Source: Octopus sinensis (taxonomy: Eukaryota). Taken from it: 46,689 nt of DNA. Position 1 is the first letter of the stretch; each line of letters begins with the position of its first letter. The stretch spans positions 1 to 46,689 of the forward strand of contig NW_021834534.1 in assembly GCF_006345805.1 (NCBI RefSeq). The letters run 5' to 3'. The notes beneath the pieces are model-generated. The model was not told the DNA's origin. It saw only the letters and a list, made by a program, of their open reading frames with translations, and did no database searches. This document shows, one piece after another, positions 11,330 to 23,529 of this stretch. Both the position numbers and the translations under genes were made by a program.

Positions 11330-14266
11330 ATGTAGGTCGCCCTGTCAATCGTGTCAACAATGGCGACCAGAGCGACCTTCATTATATTCAAATTATCCTC
11401 TTGTGGGGCAAAATTTATCCCGAAAGGAACTGGAAAAAGAAGAAAGAAAAAAGAGCCATCGAACAAATAGAGTGCGTAGAAACAATCTCCAAGATGCAAG
11501 AACACAACACTACGCACGTTATCCCTGTGAGAGTTGGTCTGGTGTGTTCTTCGTGCGGTTGTGGCAATGCACGCAAGTACGGGCTTTTCTGCTCGATTTG
11601 CGGGAACTTTTTCCACCTTGGATGTGTAAGGATGTCCCGGCAGGCCGCATCCTCACTCAGTTTATGGAACTGCAATGTATGTATGGGCTTTGGCCGGAAG
11701 ACCCAGGCGAAAATATCAAATGAACCTGTCGTCTCTAGCGAGCCGCTGGATTTCGAATATACGGATTCTCTCCTGCTTTTCTTGTCTGAGCAAAGGAAGG
11801 CCAACAAGATTCCACTTAAGATCCCGAGACCCGTCCGGATCCCTGCAGCTATATGCCTGGCTTCCGCTATTGACGATGCACTCACGTCCAACGACCAAGA
11901 GGCCTGGCTCAAACTCTTCAGTTTCGCCCCGCTTGCACTTGGCATACCTTACACTGAGTCAAAGGAGCCACATCGGAACACTAGAAAAAGTTCCATGCAT
12001 GGAAACTCACTTTCCTCAAAAATGAAGAAAAATATCCACGATTTCCAATCACGATCTATTAACAAAACGGAATTTTCAAAAGCAAAACATCCGGACGCCG
12101 ATCATACGCTCTTTCGGAATTGCCCAGATACACTCGGAGAGAGAGTAAATCGTAAACTTCTTGAAGGCGACGTCCGGGCGGCGTTGCGGGTCGTTTCCAG
12201 CGACGATACCGTCCTGGCTCCAACACCTGAAGTCCTCGAGCAGATCAGACGAAACATCCATGTCCGCCGGAAGATTACACGCCCATTCGTGCTCCCGGGA
12301 GATATGCCAAGACAACTGTTACTGAAGGCGAAGTGCGGCGCAGCATTTCGTCGTTCGCGGCGAGCAGCAGTGGAGGTCTCGATGGCTTGCGACCAGGTCA
12401 CATCAAGGATCTCACGGCTGGGGCTACTGCGGAGGCGGGCCGCAACCTTGTCAAATCAATCACAAGACTGGTTATGCGTATTTTGAACGGGGATATCCCT
12501 CCTCTCGCAAGGGAGCTTCTTTTCAGCGCACATCTACTTGGCTTCAAAAAACCCGAAGGTGGGGCCCGCCCTATCGCGGTCGGGAACTACTTCAGAAGAC
12601 TAACAGCTAAAATTGCATGCAGTCTTGTCTGTCCGAGAATATCTGAAGAATTCTTCCCCTTCCAACTCGAAGTTGGGGTAAAGAACGGATGTGAGCCGGC
12701 GGTGCATGCCGCAAGGTGCTTTTTCACACAGAAAAACGAACAAAATCCAAAAATGGGAGTCAAGCTTGACATCTGCAATGCCTTTAATTCACTGCGGAGG
12801 GATCAAATTTTCGAGACTGTAAGCAAACGAGCCCCGGAACTCATTCCACTCGTCTACCTGGCCTACGGAACCAAGTCTTCACTCGTCTTTGCGGACAAGA
12901 TTATCTATTCGGAGACTGGAGTCCAGCAAGGGGACCCGCTTGGTCCATTTCTCTTTGCGTTGGCAATCGACGAAACTGTACGTTCCATCAGCGCGGAACT
13001 GAACCTCTGGTATCTTGATGATGCCACGATTGGAGGGCCGTGGGGAAAAGTTTTTGACGTTCTGTCACAAGCCGTGCCTGTACTACGAAAACTCGGACTC
13101 GATATAAATATAAAGAAATCGGAGCTGATAAATATCACATACTCGGAAAGCGATTTTATCAACGTGGTCAAGTCTTTCCAATCGATATTACCTGGGATTA
13201 CTGTCTTACCTCTGGAGAGGGCATACTTTCTTGGGTGCCCACTTGGCGAAAAGGAACTGCGGTGCCATCTGCTGGAAAAAACAAAGGTCTTTCTAGAGTT
13301 ACGGAGAAACTCTCCTCACTCAATGCTCATACTGCATTCTTCCTTTTGAAAAATAGCATTGGCTTGCCTAAACTCAATACGCTCTCCGTTGTTCTCCCTG
13401 CTTGGAACATCGAGACATTCTACAGACACTGGATAGGACTTTGAGAAGTTCAGCTGAATCGCTCTTGAACATCCACTTTGACGAACCTGGTTGGAATCAA
13501 TGCAAGCTTCCTACACGCATCGGAGGAACGGGTCTCAGGTCGGCGCTGGATTTCGCATTCCCGGCATATCTGCCATCGCTTTCAAGCTGCAGTCATCTCG
13601 TCCAGGAAATCCTACGTAACACTACTGGACTCTCCTTGGACACAGTATTTGACAAGGCTTGCTTGCCATGGAAGGAAGCCGGACTTTCAATCCCGGATGA
13701 TGTCTCGAGACAGAATTGTTGGGACGCAATATCATGCAAGGCTGTCGTTGATGACCTGAAGCGGGAGTTGAACCAACACCGGCTCGTCTGTTTGCTATCC
13801 GGGGCACAGCACAGGAGTGGTGCATGGCTCCACGCATTTCCATGCAGTTCATTCGGTACGCTTATGGACGACGATTGTGTGAGAATCGGTGTTGCACAAC
13901 GCTTGGTCTTGACGTCTGTCAGGAACACAGATGCCGGTGTGGAGGAATAGTCGATTCCAAAGGACTACACCCTTTGTCTTGCAAGAGGAGTGCAGGTCGC
14001 GCTCCCCGCCATGCCGCACTCAACGACATAATACGACGGGCCCTCGAGAGCGCAGGATTTCCAGCACACCTGGAACCCATCGGGCTTGACCGGGGAGATG
14101 TCAGAAGGCCCGATGGGATAACTCTTTTCCCGTACTCCCAGGGAAAATCACTCGCATGGGATGCGACGTGCGTAGACACGTTCTCCCAGTCCATGATTCT
14201 TCGGAATATTCATTCGCCCGGTTGGGCTGCTAATGCAGCAGAAAAGGCGAAGATATCTAAGTATTT
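11330..14266 (+). mobile_element. CRE-clade non-LTR retroelement, 5' part (PHD finger, RT, CCHC, RLE), frameshifted
   Basis: C4HC3 finger at 11545-11682. RT motifs SSGGLDGLRP, KKPEGGARPIAVG, KLDICNAFNSLRRD, GVQQGDPLGP and WYLDD. C-terminal CRCGGIVDSKGLHPLSC..RH and RRPDG..LAWDATCVDT. Start approximate; a likely ATG is at 11494. Confidence 0.92.
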
Positions 14267-17200
14267 ATTATTATTATTTGCAACATACGTAGAATCATAT
14301 TAGTTATAATTTTACTCGTGCAGCATTAAAAACAATCCTTTGAACCAGCCTCCTCCAACCTCCTCTGTCGTGAGCGAGTTTCCTCAGCTCGTCCAGATCC
14401 TCACCACTCCTTAGCCTTTTCTTCACACATTTCAGGTCTCCGTCAAGTGTTTCCGGCAGCGTAACACGTGGACGTCCACGGAAGCTCGATCCCTCTTTCA
14501 GGAAGTAGCCCTCCATTGCTATGTTAGCTGGGGCAAGCATGTCCATTCGTAGAATATGGCCAAATAACCTCCACCGCATATTGACGATTTCCACACTCAG
14601 AGGGCCAGTTCTGCATCTATTGTATAGCGATTCCTGGTTGATTCTTATAGGCCAGTTCAATCCCAGTAGGGATCTAAGTTGCCTGCGGTGAAAAGAATCG
14701 AGTCCACGTTGTTCAGTACTAGACATTCCCCAGGTCGCCGAATTATATGTCAGGATTGGTTTGACAAAGGCTTCATACATCCTCAGACGAAGTGACGTAC
14801 AGAGTCGTCGTTTGCCGATCCACTCTTTCTTTATCTTGTTCATCGTGGCCCAAGCGAGAGCCTTTCTTCTGACAATATCATGGCCGTCCCCAAGTAGAGA
14901 ACCGAGTTTGTTCGTTTTGCGCCAGGCTTCACTTGAGCTGCTCTCCATCCTCATGATTTCAACGATGTCGGTTTTTCCAACGTTCATTTTAAGGAACCAT
15001 CTGTTCAGCTCAGCAGGTGCCACTTCAAGGAGTCGAAGTAAGGCCGATTTGTCGTCTGACACGAAGTCGACGTCATCTGCATATACAATTTCGACGATAT
15101 TGCCAGCATAGAATTTTCGAAGGTCTCGTAGTGCCGTCTCCAGATAGATCACGAATAGCAACGGCGAGAGGGCGTCTTCCTGAGGGGTACCGACGTTGCA
15201 CGTGAATTCACGGGAAAACGCCGTGCCGACCCGCACCTTGAGCTTTGTGTTCGATAGTAGTACTCTTATCATATTGACAGAGTCAGGGTCCAGAAATTGT
15301 TCCAGTATTTTGAGAGTAGACCACGGCGTACCGTGTCAAAGGCCCTAGACAGGTCTATTCCCAGGACTGTTGTTGCACTTTTGTATCTCTGGGTGATAGC
15401 GCAGTACCACTTGTGGGCCCAGACAGCATCGGCGGTGGATCTTCCTGTCCTAAATCCACTATGACTCGCGGGATAGATAGTTGTCCACTTGTTCTCTTAT
15501 TCGGTTCAGTGTAACTAATCCCAAAAGTTTCCGTAAGGTGTTTAGCAAGATTATAGGGCGTAGATTTTCGACAGGCCCAGCCTGCTTGTTAGGCTTTTGG
15601 ATCGGTATTAATAATCCGGAATCAAGACCGAGGAATTCCTTTTTCATAAACATACCATTGAGTAGCTCCGCCAGTTTGTCTGTTAGTGCAGGCGGTCCGT
15701 ATTTAAACAGTTCTGAATTTATTCCATCCGGTCCAGAGGAGCGGCCATTTTTAAGTTTGGCTATTGCAGTTGATACTTCACCGGTGGTGATAGGTAGGCT
15801 GAGATGAGTGGTGTATCCGCTGGTGTAATCGGATATTTCTCCGTGAGCGGTTAATATACTCTCGAAATACGAGGCTATATATTCAGCCTGCTCTTTGGGA
15901 TTTGTGATGAATCTTCCATTGCTGTCATGGATTTTGAGTTTGTTAGTTTGTTTTTTCCTGTTGAGTAGGCGGATTGCCGTAAACATTTTTGAAGAGTCCT
16001 TTAGCTGTTCAATTCCTGCAGCTATTAAGTCGAGTTTGTTAGTGAAGTTTGTCTTGTTCAACATTTTGATTTTTTTCTGGGTAGATGAACGTCTATTCTG
16101 TAAGATTTGTTTCTTCTTCGGATCAGATGTGTTTTCCAGTTGTAGTCTTAGCTCCTTTTGTTCTTTGATGAGGGCAGGGAGATCAGAGTGTATACCTTTG
16201 TTGCATAGTACTTGCGACCGAAGGCCAATTGCCTCGTCGGCTGCCAAGAGGATCCCTTTCATTGTCTCCGCCCAGGCACCTCCTGGAGAAAGTTCGGCAT
16301 TTATGTTTCCAAGAGATTTCATGATTGACAGTTGGTAGTTGTCTCTGACCAGCGTAGATGAGCACAGTTGTTCGATTTTATGCCTTATCCTTACATCAGC
16401 GTTGGGCCCCCTTCGTCGTAGGTCAATTGATGTCTTCATAGCAAACTTGGCAGAGACAATTTTATGATCACTGTAAGTAGCTGCACCTCCATAAGACCTT
16501 GAGTCTCGGAGAAGCGATTTTTCCCCGGCTCGACAGACGATGTAGTCAATTTGGTTGAAATGTTGACGGACCCTGCGGTCGGTGAGGGTCGTTGGCCAGT
16601 CCACGTCGTTTTGTGACGCGCGGGATGCTGGAAACCGGTGTTGCATAGGAATAGGTCAAAGACCCGACAGAATTCAGCTAGAACAGTTCCTGGATAGTTT
16701 CTGATTCCTCTTCCGTGATGGCCAATAAAACTTTCGTTTCCCTTACGGGTTCCAACTTTCGCATTCTAGTCCCCGGCAACAAACAGAAAGTACGAAGAGC
16801 CGAGGTCTGTTAATGTCCTTCCTAATTCCTCATAGAAGATATCAAGTTCTTCTGGATTTTTTTGAATACGTCCACTGTGTGGCGCGTAGACATTGACAAT
16901 TGACGTGAGTCTCCTCGACTTGCTGCTTGAGATTGTACGTAGTTGTAAGACGCTGATCCTATCGCTGACTTTCCAATATCGATATAGTCTGGAGGTGTGG
17001 TTCTTGTGTATTGCGAATCCTTGTCCATAATGTATAGATTCTGAGGGAAGCAGTATTAGGCGATAATTTCCGTGTATTTCGTCAAGTCCGTGTTTTACTT
17101 TAGTCTCCTGTAGACAGCATATAGAGCCCTGGTATTTTTCGAGATCAGTACATAGAAGGTGCCTCTTAGCCACGGTTTTCAGACCTCTGACATTGAAGGT

Positions 17201-17277
17201 AAGGATTGTTAGTTCATTAGATTGTTTCGAATGCTTAATAGACATTAGTGCAAGAGAGGCACGTCACCACCTCAACC
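14267..17277 (-). mobile_element. Near full-length RTE-clade LINE (APE plus RT) inserted into the CRE element, 12-bp TSD
   Basis: APE motifs LTFNVRG, CLQETK, VYAPHS and AGD; RT motifs RPIILLN, GIDLSRAFD, GTPQEDALSP and YADDVD; C-terminus RWRLFGHILRM..GRP. (AAT)n tail. ATCTAAGTATTT at 14255-14266 and 17278-17289. About 2 frameshifts. Confidence 0.96.
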
Positions 17278-17396
17278 ATCTAAGTATTTGGAGATCGGAA
17301 AACTTTTCCGTTTTGTCCCAATCTCGATAGAGACGTCTGGTGTAGTGGGATCCAAAACCGCGGAATTTCTCAAGGAAATTGGGGCGATGCTGGCTA
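17278..17396 (+). mobile_element. Continuation of the CRE element after the RTE insertion
   Basis: Removing the RTE and one TSD copy restores AAEKAKISKY-LEIGKLFRFVPISIETSGVVGSKTAEFLKEIGAMLAK. Truncated at the Ginger TIR. Confidence 0.9.
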
Positions 17397-19076
17397 AGTC
17401 GCGCGCAATGGATGAAACGCGTGCCTAAAGTGAAACCCTGTGAACCTTGAGAAAACCACAAAAAACCTCGAAAATAAAATTAACGGGGAAGTCCTCTTGT
17501 TAACTCTCTTTTCTCTCTGTTTTCGTTTACAGTTATTATTTTCAAAAAAAAAAAAATTAACAATTTTTTGATGAAAACAGGAATAAAACCGAGAATCAAT
17601 TTTTTATTATTATCGTTTGAAAGATTAACAATTTATTTAAATAATGGTTAGCCATTTTAAAATTACCAAAAAATTAAAAATATTTTAACCTGAAAATTTA
17701 CCTGTCTAAACTTTTTTAACTTGTGATTTAAATACTATTTTTTCATTTCCATCTTGATCTTTTATTTTAACTCTATTATTTGAAATTAAATCTTCAACAG
17801 TAAAGATTTGTTGATGATAAAAAGATTCTAATTTTCGCTTCTTCGTCGTCTTTGATTTGTATCAAAATCTTTTTTCAGCAAAACATTATTTCCAATTGCA
17901 ATTTCTTTCAATGTTTTTGAAAAATTTCGTTCCATTCTTTCAAGATATTTGTCATTTATGATAGTTTGATTTTCATGTTCTTCAATTAATTCATCATCAT
18001 TATAATAAGAAATGTTATATCCTCTTGTTCGGAAAAAAGCCATAAATAAGAACATATTTATAGAAGAATGAATTGAAATATTGTACTGATATACAATTTT
18101 TTCTAACACATCCACCCATTTTTTCTGTTTGTCTGTGAGTTCTTTTTGAATCCATCTGCAAATGGTTTGATTGCAACGCTCCACTTGTCCCTGTGATTCT
18201 GGATGTCTTGGACGTCCCCTTTTATGAATTATTTTAAATTCTTCACATAATGACGTTATTTCTGAATTAACAAATTCTGTTCCGTTGTTAGACTGCAGAT
18301 TTTTGGTGGACCATAGGAAAGAAATATAGTTTTCAATGATTCCGAAACTGTAACTGCTTTTTTATTTTCTATTTTTTTAGCAAAGCAAAATTTTGAATAA
18401 ATATCTATGACATTCATAAGATATTTATAGGAATCATTTATATCTGCATAAAACGAAAGATCGACTAAATCAACTTGATAGCTAAAAATAAGCTATTGAA
18501 TGAACCGTTCTCGAGGTTCTTTGGCTACTATGTTGACTAGTGGATATTTTGTCTTTAAGGGCTGACTTCGCTGACATTTGTGGCATGATGATATTACATC
18601 CCTAATTATGTTTCGATTGATTATGCAAAAATTATTTTTGCAATACTCTTCCATTTTATTAAATCCATAGTGATAAATTGAATGAATCCTTTCACAATGC
18701 AGTTTCATGGATTCGAAATCATTTGAGGCAATTACCAATATTTTGTTTCCATCAGATTGTTTATAATATAGCACACCTATCATTAGATTTAATAGTACCT
18801 CCAGAATTTACGAAATTTCTACATTTTTTGAGAAAACGAAATCTTTTTAGTCTTGAAAAATCTTCTGGTATTGTATTATTTATTAAAAAATCAAGAATAT
18901 TCTTATACTCCTGATCATCCTTTACAATGTTGGCAAATCTCATTTCGATAATATTATCTCAAAGTGCGCAATCATCTTTAATATTGACTTGATAATTGTC
19001 AAGAGCTTAATTGAAGGTTAAATTCAAGGTCACGGCGTTTCACTTTAGGCACGCGTTTCATTTATGGCGCGTGACA
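17397..19076 (-). mobile_element. Ginger/GIN-like DNA transposon with H2C2 zinc finger and integrase, degenerate
   Basis: TIRs contain an identical 25-bp core ATGAAACGCGTGCCTAAAGTGAAAC (17412-17436, inverted at 19037-19061). The right terminus reads TGTC inward. Coding remnants IH..HYG..CHKCQR, QVDLVDL, IDIYSKF, LQSNNGTEF and RPRHPESQGQVERCNQT. No TSD recovered. Confidence 0.86.
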
Positions 19077-19149
19077 ATAAATATTCGAACATGTCTAAAC
19101 CTGGCCCTGACGAGGCCAAAAATTGTGCGCTAATACCAAAAAATGTTTA

Positions 19150-19225
19150 TTTTATTTAAGGTGGTCCCCACAAAATTTTATAGTGCAAAAGTGGTTCCCA
19201 GTCTAAAAAAGGTTGAGAACCGCTG
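19150..19225. mobile_element. hAT (Charlie-type) terminal remnant
   Basis: Ends AAGGTTGAGAACCGCTG (reverse complement CAGCGGTTCTCAACC), followed by CTCTAGAC, which fits the NTCTAGAN Charlie target consensus. Partner end not found. Confidence 0.6.
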
Positions 19226-19394
19226 CTCTAGACTCTAAAGTCTAGAGGTAGTATATGTAAAAATATTTTTAGGTTTGTTTATGGGCATGGCGAAAAAATC
19301 TTGTTGTCTTTAATACAATAGATTAATGTTGATGTTATGAATTTTCATTGTAATTCAACTTTTAGCTTAAGTCCGTATGATAAATCCTGTTTGC

Positions 19395-19442
19395 GCTACT
19401 ATCGTGATATTGATTAAAACGCGTTTGGTTACTCTTAGAGCA
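19395..19442. repeat. Solo Ginger-type TIR copy
   Basis: GCTACTATCGTGATATTGATTAAAACGCGTTTGGTTACTCTTAGAGCA is a diverged copy of 27587-27634, which terminates a Ginger remnant in ...GTAGTACA. Confidence 0.55.
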
Positions 19443-19523
19443 ATAGTCGTTCGTACTGAGTTGTCAACTCTTTCCAATCATAAATAAGCAAATAGACCAT
19501 TATTGAAATTTAATTTCAAGTAT

Positions 19524-20858
19524 TTATTTATCTAATCTTCCCTTAATCGATCGACCACGGAGTGTGGCGGATGCTATTTTAGTCTGCTTGTCCATTTTAT
19601 CAAAAGATCTTTAATCCGTCAAATGTAATTTATGTGAAACCTTGAATTAAGACTTCTTTTTGATCTTTCAATTTCCATCTCCTGATTTCTTTTCTTGGCC
19701 TGTTCAATTGATTAAAATAATTAACCAATTCAGCGCGTTTGACTCTCTCTGCAGACTTTTCTCTTCGGACTTGGTCTTTCCGCTCACAGATATCTTTTAA
19801 TTTTCGAATCTGTGACTCCTTGGCTGCTTGTAGTCTACATTTTTCATTCAGCCAGCCATTACCTAAACTGGTTTTCTTTTATTTGTCTTTCCCTGAAATC
19901 TCGAATTCGAGACGCAGAATTTGACCTCTCTACTTTGATCATTTTTGCTCTTCCCTGCGCTATTTCTTCTCTCTGAAATATGTGCTTTATTTAGGGGCGA
20001 ACCATAATCATTTCTCGAGCCATTGTTCTACGATCTCGCAAACCAATCTCCCTCTTACTTTTGCTCGGCCTTAAATAAATTTAGAAATAGCCACATGTCA
20101 TTGACGGAGAGAGTTGAGACATTCCACTTATTTTTGGGCCTTTGAGTCTTATCGAAAAAAGTCACTTTTTTCTTGAAATATATCTAAAATAATTACTTTG
20201 TTCTTATTGGAATATTGAGAAAGTAGTTTTTCACAGCTTTTTATTTCCCTTTCAAGGTCATTAAGTCTGGTCTGGAGTTCAAAGTCCTCTGGGGACCATT
20301 CAGTCCCGTCGTTTCCATCTTCAGACTTTTTTATGTCGTTTTCTGCAGAGCACCGAGAAGCACAGCTCCTGCTTTTATAGTTTGTCTATTACTGCGATCG
20401 GCGAGTGCTTGGATAATGCCGTGGTGCAGAATGAGACCTTTCTGTACTGAAATACGTGAATTGCCTTGAATTACCAGGAGATTGTATTTTTCAATGTTTT
20501 TCTGCATGGCATTTTATGTTGAGACTCTTCTTCAATCATTCGGTTCCTCAAACTCTTGCACAAATCAATAATTTCTGTGATCAAACAGTCGGATTACTTT
20601 TCCTATGTTCTTCTTGTGCTTCATAAACCGATCGGACTTGTTCAAGGTCGACCCCGTCTGGGACTAATTCTCGCTTGAACTGATTGAATGATTTGTAAAG
20701 TAAATTGACAGGCTGCAGATTATAAAGCCTACACAAACTTCTGATCCAGCCATTTTCGTGGCTTCCAAGGAACGTGGACTTGTCAAGACATACTTGGAAT
20801 CGTCAAATTCAGGGTTCTCGAAATTATCAAGCGTTATTTTTATGCTTCCTTGTTTCAT
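19524..20858 (-). CDS. CCDC177/CCDC185-like coiled-coil protein (DUF4659 type), multi-exon
   Basis: MKQGSIKITLDNFENPEFDDSKYVLTSPRSLEATKMAGSE|PVNLL..VRSVYEAQEEHRK|KIIDLCK matches the YVLTSPRSLEAC..PVELL..LYEAYEAER signature. C-terminal RSFDKM. Internal exons only partly resolved. Confidence 0.8.
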
Positions 20859-21336
20859 TGCGATAAAGACGTATCCAGGATACAAGAATAATAAATAAAT
20901 TAATAATATTGAAGTTATTAAAATAATCGCGAATTTTTGTGGTGGTATTCTATGGGCCAAATATTCTGTTTCTCTTCCATCACCTACTTTTATGGGAGAT
21001 GCTCTATATTGGCAAAACAATTTTTTCTCTGAAAAGAGGATTCCACTATTTTTGAAAATCCAGGAAATTTTTTGCCGACAATCTTTTCCCAGCATTTGGT
21101 ACTTTCCAGAAAGACAAAAATACTCAGGAGTTGGTAAAATAAAGTGTTTGTTCTATTAAAACAAACTGAAACTCGCTGAGTTGTCTTTTAACAAATTTAG
21201 GTAAAAACAAAATTTGACCACGTGACAGGTTTTATTAATCATTTGGATTTAGTCCACTTTAAAAGTGAATAGCATTTTGTTTAAACTGGTTTCGTAGAAT
21301 AAATAAAATTAATTGCAGTTTGATTTGTAGTGTGGT

Positions 21337-21937
21337 ATGGAGAAACACAAATCGTCTTTCTTAAATTTGATCAAAACATTAAACCCAGACGAGTTCCCCG
21401 ACTTCATGGTATGGCTTGACGTCAAATTAGCGGAATTTAAAACGGATGGGTACGTGGCCATTGGTATCACAATCGGCTCATTTGTAGACTTTTCTGGCGG
21501 AGACTGTCCTCAGTGGGTTCTAGCCGAGCGCTCAAATTATATGCAACAAATTTTTTCCTTATTTGAACCCGACAGTCCTTCCAAACATAAAACAAGTATT
21601 CAACAATCGCATGCCAAAGAACCAACAACACGACCTGATGATGTTCTGTCGGAAAAAACCTTTTTTTGTGAAAAAATAACATCAACAGGTTGAGACATCG
21701 TTTTGACTGTCAGAGACGGGAACACAGACAAGTAATCCATGCTTCCATCAGTCTACTCAAATTTGTGACGAGACAAGTTTCCATTCTGTTGATACTCAAA
21801 CGGATTTATTGCTGGTCAATGTGGACCCTAAGTCACCTGATGGAGCACAGGACGAACCAGCCGAACGCCCTCGGATGTTGGGACAACATCAACTGCTTAT
21901 TGATCAGACAGACAGTATTTTCTGTAATGTTCATTGA
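21337..21937 (+). CDS. Orphan protein of about 190 aa with three TQ(T/I) motifs
   Basis: ORF 21337-21688 joined by a 25-nt GT-AG intron (21689-21713) to an open frame ETGTQTS..FHQSTQIC..SVDTQTD..CNVH*. No family recognised. Confidence 0.6.
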
Positions 21938-22022
21938 AATGCGTTTATTAGCTTATCTATTTATTTGGGCACTGTTTCCCGCTCTTTCGTCTGCATACAT
22001 TGACTGACAGTTGGAAACGTTT

Positions 22023-22397
22023 TTATTTGGAAATAAACTTTTGTAGACTGTTGTATGTCTTGATATAGTCTCCCTTGAATTGGTAGAGTGTGCGGACAAC
22101 GCGAATTGGCTCCACTCCCAGGACGTGCGAAATGGCCTAGTCGTCGAAATAACTGACTACGTCGACGTGCTTCTTGATAGATATGAGACTCGCACATTCT
22201 CGTAACTCTGCAGTCGGCCAATATCTGTCAGATTGTGACATCTCCTTAAAGACAACATAATTTAGTACTATTGTCGACGCATTGACTGACTGTCGAGTAG
22301 AAAGTTGGGCATTACATTGTAGCACTGCCATGCTGCATTTCTCCCTTTTGACATATTCCAGTATTCGAGGTCTTTTGTATGCCTGATTCAAGTTCAT
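22023..22397 (-). CDS. HYPK-like protein (NAC/UBA-like C-terminus)
   Basis: After a 21-nt intron ending in TAG the C-terminus reads ISIKKHVDV|AISHVLGVEPIRVVRTLYQFKGDYIKTYNSL, fitting the HYPK pattern IKK..I-x3-[ML]-x-[IV]-x6-R-[ST]-L-x4-G-[ND]-x7-L. The N-terminal match is weak. Confidence 0.5.
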
Positions 22398-22657
22398 ATC
22401 TTTTTTTCTACTTGCTAATTAATTAACTGACTACCTTTTCCTAAAAGGTGCCCAGTGAAAATATTTTTCGAACATTAGCTATTGCCACGAGAAATAATTC
22501 GTTTTGGCGCTCTATAAACAATAATTTGTTTTCTACTTATTAAATAAGTGGTATTTTTTTATAAAATCAATAAAAAATGTTTTGAATAACTTTCACTACT
22601 CGAAAGGGAAACCTTTACCGAAACTAATCAAACTAACCAAAAAAGATATTCAATATA

Positions 22658-23132
22658 TGTTACGGGCACGGTCCTTAATCCGGGCAACTATGTTAATTCC
22701 CGGGCATTAATGTTAATTAAAAATATGGTTATTAAATCTTTTAGCTGAAAGGAGAGCCAGCGGCCTGACGGATGGCCAAACTGTCCCCCCTGAGAACGGC
22801 GATCGAGAACCGCTGGAAAAGCCAGTACAATGTTAATTTAATCGGGCAAACTCATTATTTAATCTTATTCTCCCGTCATAATTGTATAAAATAGATGGAC
22901 TTATTTACAATATTCGGTGCTCCTGATATATTACAAAGTGACGATGGAAGAGAGTTTACAAACTCAATTGTAAATGATGTTTGTAAACTTTGGGACGAAA
23001 ATAAAATTGTACACGGAAAACTCCGCCAAAGTCAATCACAAGGATCTGTAGAAAAAGCAAATCAGGTGGACTGAAGGCCTTAAATTTGTGCAATTTATTT
23101 AATTGCCCGGATTAATGACTTTGCCCGTAACA
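22658..23132 (+). mobile_element. 475-bp non-autonomous Ginger-type element with intact ends and TATA TSD
   Basis: Termini TGTTACGGGCA...TGCCCGTAACA with longer imperfect TIRs. TATA at 22654-22657 and 23133-23136. Integrase remnant FTIFGAPDILQSDDGREFTN..KIVHGKLRQSQSQGSVEKANQ. Confidence 0.9.
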
Positions 23133-23529
23133 TATAAAAAAGATGCAAGCGGCAACAAACTAAGATGGAAAACACAAAGTCCGATGACAATGAAAAAAAA
23201 GTTGCTGCAATCAAAAAGAGCATTTTTTAAAGGACAAAAATCAACCTTACTTAACGAGAAGTTAATTTGAAATTGTTCTAAGACCAACAAAAATATTTTA
23301 AAAAGCAATGGCGTTCCCAGTTGAAAGAATGAATAAAGAATTCAAATTTAAAGTGGAAAGAAATGGAGAAACTCGTCATCTCCCTAAAAGCCTAGGAATG
23401 TGTTTTTAGAAAAAATACTGACGCACGTAATGTAAATTAAAAAAAAAATAAACTACCGCTTATTTATGGAGAAATACAGAACAGTTTGTCATTATAACTA
23501 CAAAAATAACTGAAAAATATGTTTGAATA

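Noticed and set aside
11335-11375. GGTCGCC/GGCGACC hairpin at the CRE 5' end as an HDV-like ribozyme
   Set aside because: A P1-like stem is present, but I could not assign P2, P3/L3 or the catalytic C. An Infernal search would settle it.
11323-16365. Many long overlapping or antisense ORFs in the CRE and RTE elements, INTS8 and the lamin
   Set aside because: These are shadow frames of relatively GC-rich coding sequence with no independent signatures.
19100-19125. Hammerhead-like CTGACGA in TGGCC-CTGACGA-GGCCA; also CTGATGA at about 24527 and 36310
   Set aside because: No stem II followed by GAAA and no stem III or cleavage triplet; these are simple hairpins or chance matches.
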